25,004 nucleotides of DNA from Octopus sinensis (lineage: Eukaryota), in the NCBI RefSeq assembly GCF_006345805.1, contig NW_021836239.1, forward strand, positions 1 to 25,004. Reading direction: 5' to 3'. The notes beneath the pieces were generated by a model. It saw only the letters and a list, made by a program, of their open reading frames with translations, did no database searches and was not told where the DNA came from. The translations under genes were made by a program, and so were the position numbers. How positions within the stretch are numbered: position 1 is the stretch's first letter; every line of letters begins with the position of its first letter. Below, piece after piece: positions 1 through 9,201 of the stretch.

Positions 1-128
1 TGCCAGCTGAGTGGACTGGAGCAACGTGAAATAAAGTGTCTTGCTGAAAGACACAATGCATCGCTGGGAATCGAACTCATGACTTTACGATTCATGATCC
101 GTACACCCTAGCCACTAAGCCACGCACC
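1..128 (-). mobile_element. tRNA-derived SINE, 5' part (family A), cut by the window edge
   Basis: Minus strand reads GGTGCGTGGCTTAGTGGCTAGG (Pol III A-box-like) ... GAGTTCGATTCCC (B-box-like), then CAAGACACTTTATTTCACGTTGCTCCAGTCCACTCAGCTGGCA. Closely similar to 20131-20251. Confidence 0.8.
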
Positions 129-382
129 TGCACTCTCTACGCCAACAACATGTCTCACAGTAGCTCCATTGTAATCTGTACTCAGGTGGATGTTAATGTT
201 ACTTAATGTTATAAACCCCCTCACCTTTAAATATTTAGCTAAAATATTATACTCGCAATGAGGACAAAAATTGATTAGCTTTAATCATTAATTCTGTTCA
301 AGAAGGGGAAAAGAGACAACTGTGAAATTGGACCTGTAAACTGTAAAGAGTAAGTCTAGTGGTGTCGTCAATACGGTGACAT

Positions 383-424
383 CTCTGGACACGTTTTGGA
401 CTTAATAAACCTCCTCAGTGAAAG
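383..424 (-). ncRNA. decayed hammerhead ribozyme-like motif
   Basis: Minus strand: CTGAGGA ggtttattaagtcc AAAAC GT GTC cagag. The layout is core/stem II/GAAA/GUC, but GAAA reads AAAA and the stems are broken in a way consistent with CpG decay. Confidence 0.4.
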
Positions 425-539
425 TCTCACCTCTACTTGCCAGCTCTTAAGGAGACTATGTCTCGTTACTTCCTTTCGTGTCTTGTTACTTTCCACAGCC
501 ACATTATAATATAGACTATGTTGGCCGTATTCTTTATGT

Positions 540-1104
540 AACAGCTGTAAGTCTATGGTCTCCAATGGGTTGATCCTTGTGCAGTTTTGTCTCCACCGAC
601 CACTGACAGACTTCACGGCAGTATGAAAAATAATCCGATATGGTTTCTGTGGATGTTGTTAACACGTTGTCATTATCAGAGTCACTGCCCGCTGATGAAA
701 TGCTTGTTTCATGTAGTTTACTTATAAGGCAACTTATGAATAAAACAATGAACTAATAGCAAATTATTTCAAAGAAACAAATGGCTATGTCCAAACCAGG
801 TTCTTTTATGAAGTGATATTTGGCTCTCCGCCTTCTGCTTACAAGTTTTATTGTTGCACTGAAACCTGCGCTCTGCGTGAGATCTTCCGGCACGCTTCAC
901 TTTGTAGATTTTGTTCAGCTTAGTTTTACAAGATGGGCAGCGCATTTGTTTGGCTATGAGTTCATGTTCCTAACAATAATTAACCGTTGACTCTTCGTCA
1001 GATATTTTGAGGGAAAGTCTATACAGGTTTATGTCATGCTTTTCCCCTTGTCTCCACAATGTTGCGGAAGCAGTAGCCGTGGTGGGCTGCTCATAATCCA
1101 ACAT
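540..1104 (-). pseudogene. Merlin (IS1595/ISXO2-like) DNA transposase, N-terminal part, disrupted
   Basis: Hand translation from ATG at 1104: MLDYEQ...EESTVNYC*EHELIAKQMRCPSCKTKL...RRFQCNNKTCKQK...ISLHKRTWFGHSHLFL*NNLLLVHCF, then after a frameshift TSTETISDYFSYCREVCQWSVETKLHKDQPIGDHRLTAV. The C4 zinc ribbon, S-x-x-K-x-T-W-F and CREVC...IG motifs are typical of Merlin transposases. The match stops before the catalytic VEIDE motif. Confidence 0.8.
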
Positions 1105-1887
1105 CTTGGAGCGAACTGAGAACGCACATGTTGGTGGCATGCATATTTAAACTTTATAAGAGAAGTAGTCTGCTGCCATCTACAATCTTTACTGTGCATA
1201 TTATGTATTCTACCTTATTTCAATCATTAAACAAGCAATTTCTTGGGGTGCGGTACAAAAGGAGGACTTTCCAATAAAATTCTTGTATTTTGGTTAGACT
1301 CAGAGGTTTTGTTTGTTATTTTCAACTCTCCTGACGTCATTGACTACTGCTTCTTCCACTCTAAGAAAGTTGGTTTGCTGAGCTCGCCTACGTGGTCTTC
1401 TGAGCTATCGATTTTTATTGCCAGCCACAAGGCCAAACATAGAGGAGACAGCACAAGGACAGACAGAACGCCACAATTAGGGACAAAAACATAGAAAGGA
1501 TGAAAAGTGAGAAAAAGGTTATATAAAAATGAAAAAATGAAATGGTTGCATGAGCTCCACTCTCTTGCTGTACAATTTGAACGTTTTTACTTGTTGTTTA
1601 TAATCTTTTTTTCTTTTTCCCTTCTTTTTTCTCCATTAGCATCATGTTTGTTCTCTCTTTTTTTAAAACAGTTTTACTTCTTTCCATTAAAATATACTAT
1701 GAATGGTTCCAGTTCTCTTATTTCCACTACCATCAGCAGCTTGTCAAACTCCACCGCAAATCCCGACAAATCAACGTTACACAATTCCTTCAACTTGTTG
1801 TCTCTGTCTTTGTCAATTAAAATGGCTTTCTGAGCTATCGGACACAGACTGTGTTGTAGGTAGTTTCGAGAGGCCGCGTGCGACCAT

Positions 1888-1920
<33 letters not shown>

Positions 1921-2095
1921 CTATATATATAGTGGTTGTATAAAGTCAACATAACGTGACAGTCCTGTAGAGGGAATTACACCACCGCTATATAGCCCTA
2001 GGAAGCATCGACGCTTCCTGTCGGCTTTGACACATTTGGTGTGTCCTTATATTTGCAAAGGAGAGGCAAGCACCCCCACCAGCTAGAATGAGCAA

Positions 2096-2141
2096 CCTGG
2101 AGACATGCATGTTTCTGGGTCTTGTCCGTCGTCAGTCCAGG
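2096..2141 (-). ncRNA. type I hammerhead ribozyme
   Basis: Minus strand: CCUGGA CUGACGA cggacaagaccca GAAA C AUGCAU GUC UCCAGG. Stem I 6 bp, intact core, GUC cleavage triplet; stem II has one more mismatch than the 2402 copy. Confidence 0.85.
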
Positions 2142-2401
2142 GTAGCGTGTCCTCACTAGCGGTGGTACTTACCAAGCCTTCGCAAATATATGTATTTACA
2201 GTGAAATTTATTCACTGGTCACCGTAATTAGAAATATTGAATTTCTAAATGAGCGGTGGTGGAGCGATAGAGTGGTTGTACAAAGTCAACATAACGTGAC
2301 AGTCAATATTTCTAATTACGGTGACCAGTGAATAAATTTCACTGTAAATACATATATTTGCGAAGGCTTGGTAAGTATCACCGCTAGCGAGGACACGCTA
2401 C

Positions 2402-2447
2402 CCTGGACTGACGACGGGCAAGACCCAGAAACATGCATGTCTCCAGG
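2402..2447 (+). ncRNA. type I hammerhead ribozyme
   Basis: CCUGGA(2402-07) CUGACGA(2408-14) c GGG caaga CCC a GAAA(2428-31) C AUGCAU GUC(2439-41) UCCAGG(2442-47). Palindromic stem III ACAUGCAUGU; predicted cleavage after C2441. Confidence 0.9.
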
Positions 2448-2673
2448 TTGCTAGTTCTAGCTGGTGGGGTTGCTTGCCTCCCCTTTGCAAATATAAGGAC
2501 ATAGCAAATGTGTCAAAGCCGACAAGAAGCGTCGATGCTTCCTAGGGCTATATAGCGGTGGTGTAATTCCCTCTACGGGACTGTCACGTTATGTTGACTT
2601 TATACAACCACTCTATCGCTCCACTACCGCTCATGTCTCGTTGAGACATTTAGAAATTCAATATTTCTAATAT

Positions 2674-3330
2674 GTTAGTTAGTTAGTTAGTTAGTTAATT
2701 TGGCTCAAAAGCAAATAGCAAGGCCATGTAGGGGGACATGGAGTTAAGTACAGGGTGGTGTTCATGTAAAGAGTTCAGGCCACTTGAGGTCCAGGGAGGC
2801 TTTGAACAAAGCGGTCGTCGGCATCTTCACCATCTCGTCTGGCAGCTTGTTCCACGGATCTGCAACCCGGACGGAAAAAGCTCCTCTCCTTCGATTGAGA
2901 TGAAATCGTCGCAGGTAGAGCTTTTCGGAATGACCCCGCAGCCGACGCTCCGGAGCAGGAGTGAAGAACAGCTCTTTCGAGAGGTTACACTTCCCGCTTA
3001 TTATGATGTTGTGGGCGAAAATGAGATCACCACGGCGGCGTTTTTCAAGAGAATAAAGGTCGAGCGTCCTCAGCCTTTCTTCGTAGGACAAATTTTTGAG
3101 ACCATGAACCATGCGGGTAGCCAGCCTCTGGACTCTTTCGAGATGCTGGTATGTCTTTGAGGAGATAAGGAGAAGAGGCTTGAATCCCATACTCCAATAT
3201 GGGTCTCACCAGCGTGACATAGAGTGGCAGGAATATGGCTGCTGTGAGCATTCCGAATGACCGTCGAATCAAAAAAACAGAATTCCGCGCGCTTTGTTGG
3301 CAGCATGGACGCACTGGGCCGAAGGCGAAA
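2674..3330 (-). mobile_element. 5'-truncated CR1-clade LINE (ORF2 C-terminus, 3' UTR, tetranucleotide tail)
   Basis: ORFs 3045-3314 and 2762-3190 give LYVTLVRPILEYG / LERVQRLATRMV..LSYEERL..L.LYSLEKRR.RGDLI..RGH..KL..FSVRV...WNKLP, split by frameshifts. A 3' stem-loop CCATGT/ACATGG at 2724-2741 and an (AACT)n tail at about 2674-2697 follow. Confidence 0.9.
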
Positions 3331-3341
3331 AGGAGGAATAT

Positions 3342-3373
<32 letters not shown>

Positions 3374-4186
3374 ATTATATATATAATATATTATCTATAT
3401 ATATATATATATTATATACTAAAAAAGAACGTTGTCTCGTAAGCCAAGTTAGACAAGCAGGCATTACTGCGATCCGATGAGCTGTAATGAATATATACTG
3501 ACAATCTCACTTTACTGAGAACTAATGACTGGAACGCTGCGATCTTTTAATGATACCTGCAAATTAAAAGTTGTTTTCCATCAATTATTACCGTCACATC
3601 CACCTTCTGCCAAATACTTACTCTGTTCTCTGGTTTGTAGCCCCGGTCACTGTGCTCTTACTGGGAGGGTGCTGTCAGCGGCGGGGTCTGTTCAGCCCAG
3701 AACTTTTGGCGGGTAGAATGGCTATTCTCTGAAATGATAAATGGATAAACATAATACAAATACGGATGTAAGAGGAGATAATGTAAGAAAGATCTTTTTT
3801 CTAAGAAGGCAAGATGGCTGTCAAATGTTTTTCTACTTGCTCCGCATTTCCTGTCTCCAGTTGTTTCTCTCTTTACTTCGATTTCATTCGATTGATTGGT
3901 TTAATATTGTCCACACTTAACACTTCCTTACACACAAAGACAACTTTCGCCTCACCTCAGACACCCACCACCATCCCCACATTTCCACCTACATATTTTT
4001 AAACCTCTTTTCATAATTACTTCATCGCCATTCAATCTTCGAACATCTTTTCTCTTTTGTAAAAAAAAGAACAAATCTTTCTATTTATTTATTTATTTAT
4101 TCTTCTCTTTCCAAATCAATCATTCACTCAATCGATCCACTTTGTTCTTTCTTTCTTCTTTTCCCCGATTACCACCCCTTTCACTC

Positions 4187-4224
<38 letters not shown>

Positions 4225-4978
4225 CCTTCCACTTATTTCTATCGACAGCCATTCTTTATCAACACGGAAGACATACATCATCACCATCAACATTATTATC
4301 AGCATCATCATCAGTAGAGGCGACACTAACGACAACAACAACAACAAAGACAGCAACCGTTATTTATTGTGCTGCTTGTTAAATTAGCCGTTAAGATTGA
4401 TTGGCGTGGAGAGACTGTCAATTGCTGCGATCCAACTAAATCGTTTGCCCGTCAGCCATTTTATTCTCTGCTGCCGACATGATTGGCTGATTGATTTATC
4501 GATTGGTGTTGTCATTTTTTGTTTATCGCTAAGTTAAATCGAATGCTGCAAGGATGTGTGTGTGTGTCTTTTTGTAGGTGTGTGTGTTTATGTGTGTTTG
4601 TGGTGTGTATTTTTGTGTGTCTCTGAGTGCGTTTATATGTGTGTGATGTGTGTTTGTTTAATTGTTTGTGTGTTTGGGTGTGTTAGCGAGTGTGTATATA
4701 TATACACACATACGCACACACATACACTTACACACTCATACACATGTCTACATATATATATATATATATATATATGAGAGGTATTGGTATTCAGAAGACC
4801 CAAGGTGGCAGGTAAGGCTATGCAACTGCTATGGAAGGACCGTAGTTAAACTCTCGGTTTGATGATACAACTGAGGAGTCAAATGCGGGTTTTGTGTGAG
4901 CATGTATATGTTAAATAAAGTGAGACAACAAAGCTAAGGCTGTGTGGAATTTTCAGGATATTTATAAAGAGAAAGTTA

Positions 4979-5026
4979 GTCTTACAGCTGTTTCTGGGAT
5001 ATTAGGGATATCCCTTCATCAGAGAC
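4979..5026 (-). ncRNA. type I hammerhead ribozyme
   Basis: Minus strand: GUCU CUGAUGA a GGGAUAU cccua AUAUCCC a GAAA C AGCU GUA AGAC. Stem I 4 bp, stem II 7 bp, palindromic ACAGCUGU, GUA triplet. Confidence 0.88.
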
Positions 5027-5741
5027 GATGTGAGATGGTTATAAAGAAAAAAATAGTAGAGTTCAATAAAAGGAGTTATTTTTGAAAAGGACGGAAATAA
5101 TAAGTATAAAGGGAAATAAGAGAATAGAAGCAAAACTTAAAATATATGTAGGATGTTACAGTTTCATTATCCAAGGAAAGTGCTGTGTAGAAGTGGTAGA
5201 AATGCTTGTTGTCCATGGTATGTAAATTCCGATAGGAGTTCATATTTTGTCATTACAAATGGTAAGTGTGGAGAGGTAGATTCCATGTGCTGTTCATTGA
5301 AAAGGTTCTTGTGGCGAGAGTGAAATTTTGAGAATGTAGTGGTAATATTAAGTAGGTAGAGAGGAGAGAAAGGGTGTGTGTTAAAATGAGGAGACTGGTC
5401 AAAAGGAATAGGTGAGGAAAGAAGAAAGAAAGAAAGAAAAAAAGAAAGAAAGAAAGAGGAAGAGAGAATGAAAAAAAGAGTGTTAGTGGTCAAGGGGGAT
5501 GGGAGAGGAGGAGGGGTGGAATAGAAAGAGATAAGAATGTAAGGAATTTATATGTGTGAGGTGTTGGAGGTGGGGTGATATGTTTGAAAGGCATTAAAGT
5601 GGAGGGATAAGTACAGAAAATGGTACAGGGTTGTGTTATTTCTATTCTCTTATTTTCTTTTATACTTCCTATATCCATCTTTTCCAAAATAAATCCTTAT
5701 ATTGAACTCTACTATTTCCCTCTAGTTAACCATCTCACATC

Positions 5742-5789
5742 GTCTCTGATGAAGGGATATACCTAATATCCCCAAAACAGCTGTAAGAC
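5742..5789 (+). ncRNA. hammerhead ribozyme copy with inactivating GAAA>AAAA change
   Basis: GUCU CUGAUGA a GGGAUAU accua AUAUCCC c AAAA C AGCU GUA AGAC; the catalytic G12 is replaced by A. Confidence 0.75.
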
Positions 5790-5901
5790 TAACTTTCTCT
5801 TTATAAATGTCCTGAAATTTCCACACACCTTTGGTTTTGTTGTCTCATTTTATTTAACATACACACACACGCACACACACACACACCATACACATACACA
5901 C

Positions 5902-5986
<85 letters not shown>

Positions 5987-6013
5987 ATACTATATATATA
6001 CATAAAACAAACG

Positions 6014-6371
6014 ATTCCCAGCCACAAGGTTCCGGGTTCAGTCCCCCTAGGTGGAAACTTGAGAAAGTGTCTTCTATAACTCGGGACGACCAAAGCCTTG
6101 TGAGTTGAAACTGAAAGAAGCCCATCGTATATATATGTATGTGAGTGTTTGTGTCTGTGTTTGTTCCAGCATCACCATCATCCCTTCACAGCCAATGCTG
6201 GTGTGTTCATATCTCCGAAACTTAGTGGTTCGGCAAAAGAGACCGATCCAATAAGTACTAGGCTTACAAAGAATAAGTTCTGGGGCTGGTTACTTCGACT
6301 AAGCCCCTTTAAAATGGTACTAAAACGCGGCCGCAGTGAAATGACTGAAACAAGTAAAAGAATAAAAGAAT
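6014..6371 (+). mobile_element. SINE family B, 5'-truncated
   Basis: GGTTCCGGGTTCAGTCCC B-box-like head, internal (TA)/(TG) tract and 3' end AATGACTGAAACAAGTAAAAGAATAAAAGAATA. Homologous to 17609-18048. Confidence 0.85.
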
Positions 6372-6696
6372 ATCTGGGTTCATTCCCACTGCGTGGCACC
6401 TTGGGCAAGTGTTTTCTACCATGGCCTTGGACCGACCAAGGATTTGGTAGAGGGAAGCCCGTCGTATATATATATATATATATATATGTAGGTATAGGTA
6501 TTTGTGTCTCTGTGTTTGTCTTCCCACAGAGAAAGACAAACACTTGACACTAGTATTGGTATGTTTACGTCCCAGTAACTTAGCGGTTCAGCAAAAGAGA
6601 CCGATAGAATAACTCCTGGAGTCAATTTGCTCGACTAAAAGCGTTACTCCAGCATGGCCACAGTCAAATGACTGAAACAAATAAAAGAATAAAAGA

Positions 6697-6698
<2 letters not shown>
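6372..6698 (+). mobile_element. SINE family B, second copy directly in tandem
   Basis: GGGTTCATTCCCACTGCGTGGCACCTTGGGCAAGTG ... GTAACTTAGCGGTTCAGCAAAAGAGACCGATAGAATAA ... GTCAAATGACTGAAACAAATAAAAGAATAAAAGAATA. Confidence 0.85.
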
Positions 6699-6737
<39 letters not shown>

Positions 6738-6851
6738 TGCATAATACATACATATATTTGTATGTGGGGTAGAGAAGAGAGAGAGAGAGAGAGTAAAATC
6801 GCTATTTACACTGTACACACTGAAACCTGAATTGATGATATGCACATATAC

Positions 6852-7041
6852 TCTTAATGCGTTCAGGCAAATTCGAGCGCAAATATTCTTGTCGCTGTTT
6901 TGTGCACCACAGAAAAGTAATCCTTCCTTTTACGACGCTGATGTCATCATAACACACTCGGCAAGGGATTCTGGGACGCCAGTGCTTCCACATGTGTCTC
7001 GTAACATATTTTGCGCTCGAATCTGCCTTAACTTATTAAGA
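6852..7041. mobile_element. MITE-like element with ~35-bp imperfect terminal inverted repeats
   Basis: TCTTAATGCGTTCAGGCAAATTCGAGCGCAAATAT (6852-6886) versus ATATTTTGCGCTCGAATCTGCCTTAACTTATTAAGA (7006-7041). Confidence 0.6.
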
Positions 7042-7269
7042 AAAAAATTTGCAAAACCATCACATCAGATGTCGCTGTTCCCAGTGTCAGGTAATGATAT
7101 TCATCGATTAGCTGATATAAGCACTGATCAGAAAAGTGTTGTTAGCTGAAATTATAAACAAAGCCAGTGGCTTGTTTAGGCTAAAATGTTCAGGTACTTC
7201 TGGCTGACGGTCCTGCTATCTGTTTGTATGTGTGTGTGTGTATGAGAGAGAGAGATACAAATAGAATAC

Positions 7270-7322
<53 letters not shown>

Positions 7323-7624
7323 CACGCACACACACATACACACATATGCACACACACAAACACACAAACACACATATGATATTTGATTTGGGGGTCGAAA
7401 ATGCATCTGAGTCTTAAAACGAACTATAGCTTTGAATTTAGCTTTTTTTTCGACAAACTTACATATTCATTAAAGTACCATACCGGTTTCACAATTCTTT
7501 GTTTTTTAATGATAAAAAAATGTTTTTTTTTTGTTTTTTGTTGATAAATAAATAAAAAGTTTAAAAGAAATCAAAGGTACAGGTGTTCTATGAGTTCAAA
7601 TGTTCGATGTTTTGCATAATTCTT

Positions 7625-7872
7625 GGATGATTTTGTCCGCTCTATTCCCTTTATTATTCCGTTATTTATTAAAGTGACCGGGAATTGTCTTTCGAGTAAT
7701 ATTTTTTCAACTTCTTGGAATCATTTCTCCCAGGTTACGGGATTCGATACAATTGTACAGATTCCTCTTGCCAGCTTAAAAGGTATTTTGATTTCGTATA
7801 CTTTGGTTGGCAGCAAGAAAGGCAGATATTGTTCTGAGTTTGTTTTTTTAAGTAGATGTCGGTCATGTTTAT
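7625..7872 (-). pseudogene. Penelope-like element polyprotein fragment (RT thumb/linker region)
   Basis: Hand translation across frameshifts: MTDIYLKK / TNSEQYLPF / IPFKLARGICTIVSNPVTWEK*FQEVEKILLERQFPVTLINNGI. This matches the PLE pattern TDIYxKPT..QYL..S.HP...IPF.LA.RI..I.S......L...L..R.YP...I. Confidence 0.75.
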
Positions 7873-7884
7873 ATACAGATTATA

Positions 7885-8097
7885 CTAAATTCCACCCAGA
7901 TGGCATTGGCCAGCATGAAGCTGTGGTAGTAGAAGCATGCCATGGTGCTGCCTATGGTGAGATCGTGTCTGATTGAGCTGGAGCAACAAGAAGTGAAGTG
8001 TCCTGCTCAGGAACACAACGCGCAGCCGGTCTAGGAATTGAAACCACGATCTCACCATCGAGAGTGCAGTACGCCTAACAACTAGTCTACGCGCTTT
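7885..8097 (-). mobile_element. diverged tRNA-derived SINE (family A-like)
   Basis: CTGGAGCAACAAGAAGTGAAGTGTCCTGCTCAGGAACACAACGCGCAGCCGG..GGAATTGAAACCACGATCT resembles 16-90 and 20146-20222. Confidence 0.65.
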
Positions 8098-8119
8098 CCC
8101 ATAATACATACACACACAC

Positions 8120-8172
<53 letters not shown>

Positions 8173-9201
8173 GCACTGCTTACACACACATAGACTACAC
8201 ACATACATATATACACACACACTACACACGTACATATATACACACACAGACTACACACACACATACACACACACATCGCACAAAATCAATATACATATAT
8301 ATTAGGTGAACCAAAGTCTGTACTAAAGCTTTTTGAACTTATTATAATTCCAGGATTTCAGTCAACAGTTTGAAATGAAAATTCGTTCAGGTCACACGTG
8401 CTGCGCCAGGCGGTTGCAGATAAATTTAAATGTAACAATAATAGTTGTTGCATGTGTTTTTCCATGGCCGTCTCTATCGTCTCTATTGTCTGCCCTTTCG
8501 TCTTGATGGAAGAAAATTACTTGTGTTATAAAGACATACATACATATTTCTCTGTGTGTGCGTGTGTGTATGTGTGTGTGCGACTGAAAGAGGAAAATAA
8601 TATTAGATGTTGGAGAGTTTATAGATTGTTCTTGTTCTTCTATTGGTTGTGTATGCTCTCTTTATATATACTTTACATATACTCTCTCTGACTGGAGCTA
8701 TCAAAGATATCTGTGCAGGATAACATCATTCCCTGCATGATAGAGCAATTACATCTCCTTTGAATCAAAAACAATCTTCATCAAAAGAAGAACAAGTTGG
8801 ACGATTTAGATATACAAAGACAATAGAATTTGGGAGAAAACAACAATCACAACAACTCTCTTTCTCAATGGATTATATATCGTATGTTGGTGTGTCTTTA
8901 GATAGATAGAGAGGAGAGCGAGAGAGATAGAGATGGACAGAGAGAGACAGAGACAGAGAGAGAGATAAGTATGTGTATATATATATATATATTGATTGAT
9001 TGATTGATTGATTGATTCAACATGCGAAACCGTTAATCCCAACACGGTTCTATTCTCTCAATTTTTCTCAGATCCTTTTCTGTTGGAGAACGTAAGCTCG
9101 AAACCTCAAACACTTTTCCATTCTTCCCGTGCGTCAAACTAATATACCCACTTTTTGTTCCTTCACCTGTCGTTGTCTCTTGTCTTCTGTGCATTTGAAC
9201 C

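Larger units (their letters stand above)
1931..2671. mobile_element. retrozyme-like / Penelope-derived non-autonomous element: inverted pair of ~340-bp hammerhead-containing monomers
   Basis: 1931-2240 is the reverse complement of 2303-2612 (11 substitutions in 310 bp by hand count). 1931-1964 recurs at 2271-2304 (period 340) and 2303-2316 recurs at 2658-2671 (period 355). One HHR per arm; no ORF in the provided track. Confidence 0.8.
4907..5861. mobile_element. Penelope-like element relic with inverted ~220-bp terminal repeats, each with a hammerhead
   Basis: 4907-5129 is a diverged reverse complement of 5640-5861. HHR motifs in both arms point outward, as in an inverted pseudo-LTR arrangement. 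Confidence 0.75.

Noticed and set aside
1-128. tRNA gene
   Set aside because: A/B boxes are present but there is no cloverleaf, and the sequence continues into a dispersed repeat body, so it is a SINE head.
368-616. ORF as a piggyBac C-terminus
   Set aside because: A different frame gives clear Merlin motifs; this ORF is incidental.
1674-1952. 92-aa minus-strand ORF with a protein-like central part
   Set aside because: It starts in a microsatellite, I recognise no family, and splice signals are unconvincing.
6852-7041. Assignment of the MITE to piggyBac or Kolobok from TTAA near its ends
   Set aside because: The termini are ambiguous and one TTAA is imperfect; the superfamily cannot be supported.
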